Source of the DNA: Bilabrum cf. latius
Taxonomy: Eukaryota
Length of the DNA stretch: 64,000 bases
Direction of reading: 5' to 3'
Assembly (NCBI GenBank): GCA_965178125.1
Contig: OZ237737.1
Coordinates: 1,364,001 to 1,428,000, forward strand
Below, piece after piece: positions 50,701 through 61,300 of this stretch; the stretch's first letter is position 1, and each line of letters opens with the position of its first letter. The translations under genes were made by a program, and so were the position numbers. Below the pieces are notes generated by a model. That model saw only the letters and a list, made by a program, of their open reading frames with translations. It had not been told where the DNA came from and searched no databases.

Positions 50701-53700
50701 ACAGACGCGAAGCGGCGTCGGTATGCGCATGGAGTGCAGCGCATCAGGGACGCGGAGATCGTCGTGTCTAAGCTGAACGAAGAGCTGCGCGTGCTGACAC
50801 CGCAGCTGGAACAAGCACGCGTGGACACGGAAAAGGTACTCAGGGACGTCGAGGAGCAGCGGCTTGCAGCAGATGCCAAGCGGGTTTCGATTGAAAAGGA
50901 GCAGCAGGAGTGCGCGGAGTCCATGATGAAGGCTCAAGAGCTCAAGGATGAGTGCATGGCTGAGCTGGAGGCAGCCATGCCTCGACTTGAGAACTCACGC
51001 AAGGCACTGCGGACGCTGACCAACGCCGACATCTCGGTGATCAAGAGCATGAAGGAGCCGCCGAAGGGCGTGCGGCTCACCATGGCCGCAGTGTGCATTA
51101 TGCTGAAGAAGAAACCCGAGACTATTCATGTGCGAGGCAGCATAGGGGGCAGATCAGAAGCTGTCAAAGACTACTGGCGTCCAGCCAAGGCATAGCTGCT
51201 CAACGACACCCGGTTCCTCAAGACTCTGCTGAAGTTCAAGCATGAACGACTGACAGATAAGATCCTCGAGAAGCTTGAGCCATTCCTTGAATCCGAAGAA
51301 TTCACCCCTGCCGTCGTGTCAAAGTCTTCTTCCGCTGCGGCAGGCCTCTGCAGCTGGGTGCGAGCAACGGTTGAGTTTCACAACGTTGCGCTGCAGGTTG
51401 CTCCCAAACAGGAGAGGGTCGAAGCAGCATCTGAGGCGCTATAGACAGCGCAGGAGGACCTCAAGCTTAAGGAGAAGGAGCTAGAAGAGGCAAATGAGCT
51501 GCTGGAGCGCCTGCAGAATGATCTAGCTTCAAACGAGCACCGCCGCAAGACGTTGCAGGCACAGCACGATCGCTGCAAGCTACGGATGGAGAGAGCCAAG
51601 GTCCTGATGGGTGGCTTGCAGGAAGAGAAAGAAAGGTGGTCGGATTAGTCGCTTGCTCTGCAGAGCAGCAGAGAGCGACTCGCAGGTGATGCGCTCCTGG
51701 CGGCCGGCACGACTTGCTACTTGGGCGCATTCCCTTGGAAGATGAGAAACGAGCTGCTGTGGCACTGGTGCGAGGCGTGCGATGTGTCTGCAGTCGAGAG
51801 GACAAGGTTTGAAGCCGACATGTTGCGAGCTTTAGAGAGCGAAGCAATGAGCCAGCGTAGAAGGCATGCTGGCGGAACAGGCCAGCCGTCTCGGGCTGCA
51901 TCTGGGGCCGGCGACGACTCTAATCTTGGTGAGCCGAAGCCACCCACGCATGCACCGGCGTCAACGTCCAGCGTAGGATCTAGGCCGGGTCGGCGACTTC
52001 GCAAGATGGGCTCCTCCAGGCGAGGCCTTGAGGTGGAGACTGGGGCTGGAGAGCTGGACAGGAGTGACACCGCTGACTCGTCAGAGGCCAGTTCCGCTGC
52101 ACGCAGCCAGGCAGCTGCCTTTGCCCAGGGTGTCGGATCTACGATGATGACCCCGGCCCTTGCAATCCAATAGCCTGGCGGTGGCGGCTCGCACAGAGGC
52201 CAGAGCCAGTACAAGAAGGCTGGTGGTTCGGATGGCCCGTTCTTCGGGTCCTCAGACCCGAAAGCACGGACTGCTGCCGAGATTTTCTTGGCGGCTCGAC
52301 AACACGCCGAGCGGTCAGAGTGGAGCCTCTCTCCGTTCAAGCTAGACAGGGTGATCGGAGACGAGTCAGATATTCGACAGTGGCGTTCGAACGGTCTACC
52401 GGCAGACGAACTCTCACTCCAGAATGCACTCATACTGTAGGCAGCCATGCCTGTGGTTTGGCCGCTCCTCATCGACCCCGAGGGGCAGGCGTCTGCATGG
52501 GTTATTAAGTAGTTCTCCAAGGAATGGGCGGCCAAGCGGGCCGCAGAGCAGCCTGGTGGCAGGGATCAGAGCGGATCTGCGGCCGCTGGATCTGCAGCCA
52601 CTTCGGGAGTCATTGGTATGCTTCGCTAGACGAAGTCGGGCGGTGGATCTGAAGCCGGGAGCAAGCGCAGACAACACACGAGTCTTGCGGCTCAGCGAAA
52701 GAAGGTGCTGCAGCAGCGGCACCAGGGATCAAGCGGTGGTGGCGCGCTGCCAACGGATGGTGTTGTGGTTGTGAGACCCACAGATGCTAGGCTGGATTCG
52801 CAGCTTGAGTCAGCCGTGCAGCTGGGTTAGACCTTAATCCTTGACGGTGTAGCAGGTGATACGGTGGAACCTTGGGGCCTCATCGAGCCGTTGCTGAGCC
52901 GTCGTACGTTCCGCACGGGCGTTGGAGCTGGCTTTGAAGCGGTGAAGATCGGCCAACGCACGGTGCAGTGGGGCGAAGGGTTCCGCCTAGTGCTCGTGAC
53001 TCGAGAGGCGAACCCGCACTACTCCCCAGAGGTGCGCGTCCGCGTCAACTTGGTCGATTGTGCGAGCACCTTTAACGGCCTGACGCACCAGATGCTTTCG
53101 CTTGTTGTTAGGAACCAGCAGCCAGAGCTTGAGAACCAGATGTCTAGCGCACTTCGGGACATTGCGGAGAGCAGTGCAGCGCTGCGACAGAGCGAGGATG
53201 AAATCCTCAGGTTGCTTGCGGCTCGGGGAGATGAAGACAACGATGAGTACGGCAGTGGCCACGGGGCCTCTGAGTCAGAGGTTGTCGAAGGTATGACCAC
53301 GCAGCTATCAGCAGCCGACGACGATGCTGTTGGGCTAGAAGATGACGATGCAGCAGGTGGACGGCAGCACACTGTCGGCATCTCATCTAGTGCGCAGGGA
53401 GGACGAGCATTGCAGTCGCCTCCTGCAGCCCGTTCAAAGCAAGGCATGGACGCCGAAGTAACCGACAGCCTTGCGGGTGGAGATACTATCCTGGACGACG
53501 AGGAGCTTGTTGGTGCTCTACAGAGCGGTCGCGATGCAGCGGCAGCTGCTCAGGTCAAGCTGCAGTAGGCAGAACGCGTGAGATCACGCATGGTCCAAAG
53601 CAGAGCCGAGTATCATGCAGTGGCCCTGAGAGCGGCTAGCCTCTACTTTGCTGTGGCCGATCTTAATCGCGTGGCGCATATGTATAGCTATAGCATGGAG

Positions 53701-56700
53701 TGGTTCCGGGGCCTGGTGCTCGCAGCGCTCAAGGCCGACCCTGTCCCGAAGTCCTCTCCGAAGATCGACAAGCTTCGCAGCCTGTGTCAGAGCATCACGT
53801 TTGCGGTGTTCAAAGGTGTCACTGTCGGGCTTCTGAATGCCCACCGGTTCCCGTTCCTGCTTCTTCTCATGCTGCGGATCCTGCAGTCTGAAGGGCATGC
53901 AACCGAGAAAGAGGTGCTGTTCCTGTTGTCTGGCCAGGTGGGATCCTCGGGTGCGCAGCCACCGAACCCAGCAAGAGAAGACGTTGACTGGGCAGACGAC
54001 GATGGCGTATCTAGTGGTGACTTTGGGGAGGAAGAGGATGAAGACGACGGGATCGGCATCACGGCTTCAGCATCGAGAGCTGACATGGAGGTTCCCGGCA
54101 ATGCTGGCGGGACCGGTGCTCTGTGGATGAGCGATCAGAGCTGGGGGAACCTGGTTGGACTTGGCAACATCAAGTCCATGGCTGGCATACACCGTTTCCT
54201 AGCTTTCGGCGAGAAGTCAGATAAGGAGCCTCCGGTGGCCGCGATGCGAGGCACATCCCTCGGTGCCAGCTAGGTTCGTGCTAGCAGGATGAATTCCACC
54301 GGTCCAATGCGGCAATCAAGTCGATTGGGGGCTCAAAGTGGTGGAGGTGCCGCGAGTCGTAGCGATACAGAGAATCCTGATCAGGAGCAGCGGCTGTAGG
54401 CGCTGAAGCAGCTGAGGCGGGTGATGCTTGCTGACGATCCCGCGGCGCAGCTGCAGATGCTCTTGTCTGGCAGGGCTAGCAACACGGACGAGGTGGATGA
54501 AGATGGAGATGCAATCGGTGCCCTGCCGAACGTGTTTCCTGGAGCAACCGGCCGGAAGAAACTCGGTGCTGCTGGAAGTGAGGCCGGCAGCACGCCTGCA
54601 TCACAGGTAGGCCATGGAGGACGTTCGAGACGAGCCAGCGCGAACAAAGGGCTGTGGGCTCCAGGTGGAGCCAGCGGCTCGCGCACCCCGGGGCGTGGGT
54701 CCATGTTCGGTGGCTCTGTGTCCGGCCGTAGCTCTGTAAGAGGGGGTGGCGCTGCCGCCAGCGTCACCGGCTCTGGTGGCCGCAGCGTAGCTGGAAGCGC
54801 TGCTGCTGGTGGTCCCGGCGCGATCGACCTACGCGCAGAGAGACTTGCCAGCATGCCCACGTCGCTCGGTGGTCAGCGTCAAGTGATTGGACCGCTGTCA
54901 ACTCTGCAAGCCTCCAAGGCAAGGGTGATCGCGGCAGAGTCACGAGGCGACGCCTACAAGAAGCAGATGGCGGCGCAGCTGCAGCAGCCGCCGTCGCGAG
55001 AGAGCACTGGGTCTGGGTCTGCCCAGGCTGACGGTGGCACCGAGCTAATGTCTCCTACGCCCATGAGCCGCATGGACACTCAGCCCATTACACCGCAGAT
55101 CGCGACTGCCCGAGTCCCGATGCCCCCAGCGAAGCGCTGGTCCAAGCTGACTGCCTTCCAACACCTCATGTTGCTTCGCAGCTTGCGGCCCGACAAGTTC
55201 ATCAGCGCCGCGAGGGAGTTTGTAGCGTGCCACTTGGGGCCCGAATACCTGGAGCCCGTGCGGCTGGACATGAACGAGGCGTACCAGGACACTTCGTGTG
55301 AGACGCCGCTGGTCTTCCTTCTGGCTCCTGGCTCGGATCCGGTGCTGGAAATCCTCAACCTGGCGGACGCCCAGTCCATGAGGAGACGAACGCACATTGT
55401 GTCGCTGGGCAAGGGTCAGGGTCCCGCTGCTTCGCTCAGGATCCAGCTGGCAATGGCCAAGGGCGACTGGGTGGTGCTGCAGAACTGTCACCTGGCTCGA
55501 TCGTGGCTGCACCAGCTGGATCGAATCGTGGCGGGTCTCTCCACCGACACGGCAGCACGAGACTTCCGGCTGTTTTTGACCTCTGCGCCCTCTCCGACCT
55601 TCCCGCTCTCGGTGTTGCGAAGGTCGATCAAGGTGGTCAACGAGCCGGCGGGAGGGGTGGCAGCGTCCGTCTCACGAGCCCTCGCCCAGCTCGACTCGGA
55701 ATGGTTCGAGCAGGCAGCCCAGCCGCGCTCCTTCCAGCGACTACTTCTCTCGCTCTGCTTCTTCCATGCGGCGCTCCTTGGCAGAAGGAGGTACGGGCCG
55801 CTCGGTTTCGCAGTCACGTATGACTTCAGCGACTCTGACCTCGGCATTTCGATTGCTCAGCTCCGGCACCTTCTCGACGACGCCGCATCACCCCAGGCCC
55901 TCAAGGCGGTCAGAGAGGCAAAATAGAGAGCGTCTGCGATGAAAGCATCACAGGGCGCAGCCTCGCAGTCCATGTCGATCAGCAGCGCGAGAAAGATGAC
56001 CAAGTCAGAGGCTGAAGCCAAGGCGAAGGCCGAGAGGGAGCTCCTGGATAGCCAGCCAGAGTCCGTCCCGTTTGAGGCTCTGCGATACCTGATCGGACAC
56101 TGCTACTACGGCGGCAGGGTAACGGACAATCGTGATCGGCGCACGCTGTTGGCCATGCTGCGAGTCTGCATGCACGACGGCATCGTGCATAGCACATCCG
56201 AAGAGGACGAGCACGCGGCGTAGGAGCTGAGGGAGGGCTCTGGCCCCACCAGCCTGCGACTGTGCGAGAGTGGTGCGTACAGGCTGCCCGTGCTGCCCTC
56301 TGACCACCGGACCCTGCACGGCTACCGACGGTACGTGGAGATGGTGATGCCCAACGAAGACGAGCCGGAGACGTTCGGGCTTCACGCGAACGCTGCAGCT
56401 GCCCAGGCCACCGCAGAGGCCCACGACGTGCTCCACACTCTGCTGAGCCTCGAGCACCAGGACGCATCGCAGGCAGCGTCTGCGGCAGCGGCGGCCGCGG
56501 CTACCGGTCAGGCTTCTCAAGCAGAGCATGCAACTGCGGGCGACGATGGCGGGCCTACCGGAATGGCTGGTATCGGTGGCAGCGCGCATCAGCTGGGCGG
56601 TGGCGCCGGTGGCGGAGACGGCAACTCGCCAATGGCCATCTCGGACCCGAGCCGCGGTGGTGCCGACTATGAGGTCCGGCGCCTCGTGCAGCTGATCAAG

Positions 56701-58179
56701 GCCCAGCGCAACACGCACCAGATGCCGCTCGTCAGGGAGGTCAGAGCCATCCTGTTTAGGCTGCCCGTGGACCCTTGCTTCGACTTGGAGCTGACCGAAG
56801 CGAGGTATCCGAGGTCTTACGACAAGTCGCTCAACGTCGTGCTCCTGCAAGAAATCGCAAGGTACAATGGGCTTGTCTACGAAGTGCGCAAGCAGCTTGT
56901 AGGGCTGTTGGAAGCGCTCGCGGGTCAGGTCGTAATGAGCGCAGAGCTGGAGAGCGTGGCAGCAGCCTTGAGCCAGGGTGCGGTGCCACAGGGCTGGCGC
57001 GATGTCTGTTACGTGTTTGCGAGCCGGACTCCGCTCGCAGCGTGGATTGACGACCTTGCAGCCCGCCTGCGCTTCTTCCGACGGTGGATCCGGTGGGGCC
57101 CGCCGCCTAGCTTCTGGCTTGGGTCCTTCTTCTCGCCGCACAGCTTCTTGACGGCCGTGACGCAGAAGCACTCCAGGCGGATCGGGGTGCCCATTGATGA
57201 GCTGCAGCTTAGCTGCGCCGTTCTCACGGCGGAGCCCCCGTCGATGCTTGTGGAGCTAGACGATGCTGCGGTGCGCCGGCAGCGCGAAGCCGCAGCTGCT
57301 GCCCGACAGGCTGCCACTGAGGCTCGCGGCTTGGACGCGACCAGCGAGACCGTGGTGGGAGTCGATGCAGCAGGCGAGGACGCGGGGCTGGGGCTTACTT
57401 CTCTCGAGGTCGAGCCTGGAAGCGAGCTGGATGCGGCCTCCCGGAAGCCTTCGGCGCGGCGTCATGGAGGCTGGCTTCCTGAAGGTGAGTTGGAGCCGCC
57501 AACCGCCGGCGTGTACGTGCACGGGCTGGTGCTAGAGGGCGCGGCCTGGGACAGGGTGGAGCGGGTGCTTTGCGAGCAGCGGCCGGGTCAGCTGTACGAC
57601 CAGATGCCGATGCTGTGGCTGCGCCCAAGGGTGAGTGCATCCCTCCAGCGTGCGGTGAACGGGAGACTGAGCCGCGTCAGCGGCAGTGGTGCCGGCGAGG
57701 GATTCCGTCCGTCATCAAACGAGAGCCACCGCAGCGCAGGTGCAGGTGCTGGTGCACAAGACCCTGAGAGCAGGCTCGAGGGAGACGGAGATGCTTCTGC
57801 CGTGGGTCCCGGGGGCGTGTCTGCCAAGGACGCTCTCCTGGGTCCTGACGATCCGGGCTTTATGTGTCCCGTGTACTTGACCACGGACCGGCGCGGCGCG
57901 CTGAGCACGACGGGCCATTCCACGAATTTCCTGGCAGAGGTTACGCTGCCTGCGACCCCGCTCGTTCCGGGGGAGTTCGGGTTCGAGCAGCTGGCCCCTA
58001 GGGCGCCGCGCAGCAGCGGGGGAGCCGGTGCGCGCGGGTCTGTTCGCGCAGGTGGGGCGCATCTTCGCGGGATCGTGCCGGATCTGAGCGAGTCCGAGAG
58101 GACGAAGCTTGGGCTGCAGGCCGCGGCCGAGCACTGGCAGAGAAGAGGGGCGGCCTTGGTGTGCCATCGAGCCACTTGA
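32779..58179 (+). CDS. Axonemal dynein heavy chain, single-headed inner-arm type, unusually large (~8,466 aa), apparently intronless; ~54 internal TAGs
   Basis: About 30 track ORFs lie in one frame, and the gaps I read contain only TAG. It has a DNAH1-like tail (LPLEQFDD...PWEW; WVRRLNLRF...YIQSLP), linker LEKKRLAFPRFFFL, AAA1 GPAGTGKT (44188), CFDEFNRI, AAA2 GEAMSGKT (45427), AAA3 GPTGTGKT (48160), AAA4 GLDGSGRR (49603), stalk/MTBD, WVVLQNCHLA, YGGRVTD and STTGHSTNF...HWQRRGAALVC. It ends TGA TGA. Confidence 0.9.
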
Positions 58180-58389
58180 TGAACTGTAGAAGTGTGCTCT
58201 TGTAACAAATTGATATTTAGCATTCGCTACTGCGACCACAACGCACGCCAGCGGCTGGCCAACCCGAAAAAAAATCATTCGGAATTCAATTAATCACCAA
58301 CGGACCCAAAATCATTCGCTGTTTACCAGACATACAACTTTTCTTGTATTCGATGCTAGCTTGTGTTTTCGCTTAATTTTGTTACCGAA

Positions 58390-61300
58390 ATGGAAGCTCG
58401 TCGCGCCGCATCGATTGTCGTCGCCGCGTTTCAGGGACATGCGATAAGGCTACATGTCCTGGAGGCGCTTCGAAATGTCGAGATGGCAAAGCATTGGGAG
58501 ATAGCGAAGGCATTCCTTTTATATTGTGAAATTCAAGCAATTCGCTTGCCCCACGGACCTGCGGCAAATCCCGATGCTCCAGAACAAGCAGGGCAGATGA
58601 CTTCAAGCGAGGACCTTGGCACGCGATATAGCGAAGCAGCAATATGCCGTCGAGTGGCTACTCAGCAGACTGCTACGAGGCAAAAGCTTGAGGCAAGTGC
58701 GGTCAGCCCTCAGCTTGCGCGTTTGGATGACGTGTGTCCCCTTGATCGAGTCAGGGTTGACGATGAATCTAATGTGGTCTTGTCGAGCTTGCGATCGTCT
58801 GCGGTTCGTAACATGCTGGCATTGCGTTAGTGCGCTTTCATTGGTACGTCATTCTCTCGCCTTGGCGCACGCGTCGAGCGCTTGCTTCCTGAACTTGCCC
58901 GCATGACGCTCGGCGGGTTCATCTTGTTTTGCGTGGATTGTGGAATACTTGACGAGCACAGACCGTTCCGCTTCATCTATGGCGTGTTCAAGAGTGCCAT
59001 TGAACACTAGTATGCCGCATGCAAATAGCGCCTGCGGCGGTCCCGCTTGCAAGGGGCTGCCAGGAAGGCGCGCCGCTTGTCGATTGATCTGCGGGAGCGC
59101 CAGCGCCTAGAAAGGGAGGCCGAGGACAAGCACCGCAACCTGCCACCCAGCATACGAGCACAGCTGTCATCACAATAGGCTATTCACATCACGAATACAA
59201 CACATTCTGCTTCTAGCAGGAGCCAAGCCGCTAGCAAGCCAATGTCAACAGCAGGTGTCGAAGATGATGGATTACCACGGGGAGGTGCTGCCGCTGCCGC
59301 TGCAGATATTCAGGATGGCACCCCGAGGGCGCGGGTCCCCTTCGGCGGAGCAACTCCCTCGCTAGCTGTTAGTGCAGAAGGAGATGCAGGCAGTTCGCGG
59401 GAACATGAGAACGAGGATCAAGAAGAAGGCCATTCTGCAGAGTAGGTGCCACCACACGAGGTACCATCCGCAGCAAGCCTGAAGCAGCTCCTGCACCCCT
59501 GGTCGCCTGATGAAGAAACTGAGCAAGAGGCTTTGAATGTACCTCTTTGGCGGCGGACACTCACCCAGGACGGCTTCGAGGTGGCCCTGAGGAGGCTGAG
59601 CGACGCGTACGTTTTGGAGAGCTACGGGGCTAGGAAGAACGCAGCTCCACGCGGGGGGGATGCCGGCAGCGGGCCGGCTACCAGTGGCTTAGTCGGTTTG
59701 CTGAAGAGCACATCTAGCGCCGCCGGATCGAGTGGATCGAAAAGGGTCGGCCGCGCCAATATACTGCAAGCACTTGCGAAGCGAAGCGATGCTGGGCCGG
59801 GTCTCTCACAAGACTCGAAAAGCTTCAGTGAAGCTGAGGCCAAGACGAAAAAGCGCCGGGGATCTGTTGCCAGTATGGTACACAAGTCAGCCGCAGATGC
59901 AGAACAAGCAGCCCTGGTTGGTGCTGCGACAGCTGCTGTCGTGTCTGGCGATCATAGCGAGGGCCAGCGCAGACTCAATCTGCTGCTTGGTACTTCAGAC
60001 CAACACTCTCGTCCGCGCCCTATGGCACTAGGGCATCCACAAAGGTCGTTGGGATCGGGAATTGTCGCAAATTTCGGCGGTACTGGCCTTTCTAGACTTC
60101 GGGCGGCGGCGCACAGGGTACATCCCCAGGCTGTGATGATCTCGGATCAGGCCAGACTGAAGCTCTTCCTCTGTCACATTGTGTGGCCGTGTGCGTAGAG
60201 ACGATACGAAGCGTAGGGAGGCTGTTTACTGTGGGACACAGCGTTATCACGCCTTACACCGGATGCTGGAGCGAGGCTACGTCGCATGCAGCTCGCCAGG
60301 CTGCCTAGGCACCTTCTTGATGGTTTGAAACGGGACTCGCCTAAGCAGCGTCGGTCTAGCGAGAACTCCAGGCAGGATCCTGACAAAGCCAAGTGTGGAC
60401 CGAGTAAGACTAATCGTGCCAAAGCTGAGGACGCGGTCTCCCTCCAGCAGGTTGGGGTGAGGGTTATTTTGAAGCCAGCCACCTCCTCGAAAGCGAGAGC
60501 GAGTGCAGGTCAGCCTTCCAAATTGATGAAATCCTCTTCGGCGTCAGCAAGTGTAGAAGAAGTGATCGTCCGCCAGGCAATCGATGGAACGATCTCCCGT
60601 GTTGGCCAGGGAGCGCTCGGTCGGAGACGAGATAGATCAAGCTCGCCCAAGAGGGCGAACCTCGGTGATGCAAAGATCGGGGCCAAAGAGCCTACTGCCA
60701 CGAATGGGCTGCCAAGAGGGCCGTTCGAGTGCGTCGATTCAGTCAATTCAGTATCCGCCGCAAAAGGTGGCACTCCACCTGCCCCGGGTTCAGATTTTGA
60801 CAGGGTCCGGGTGCTGTCAGACAGCAGGATGGCTGCACTCCTTGTCGCTAGCGAGCACGACTACGCTGCCTTGTTCCAACGATATGCTCGGCCTGTTCCA
60901 AAACAAGTGAAGATGCTGGCTCGACCGCGGCGCTGGTTTCATCGCGGCTCTGCACTGCTTGTGCCTCCCGAACCGGATGCTGATGAAGCTACATCAAGCG
61001 GGTCCGGACCTGGCAACGTGCAGCAGCGGCGGCGAGCCATTATGCGGTAGCGGTAGGCGTCTCGCTTCTCTGCGCTTAGCGATGCTTTGCGGCGCGTAGA
61101 CTTGGTGATAGGAGCAAAGTCTGGGTTTCTCCTGCCGGGTGGATCGATCGGATCGCTGTCGCATGACAAGCCAGGCAGCCGATCCCGCTCCAAGACGACA
61201 CGCCCCTAGTCGCTGCCTGAGGTTGCTGCAAATCAAGCATTTTTCAAGTAGCAGAAACCAATGCTTCGAATGCAGTACGCAGATTTTTTGCGGGCGATCG

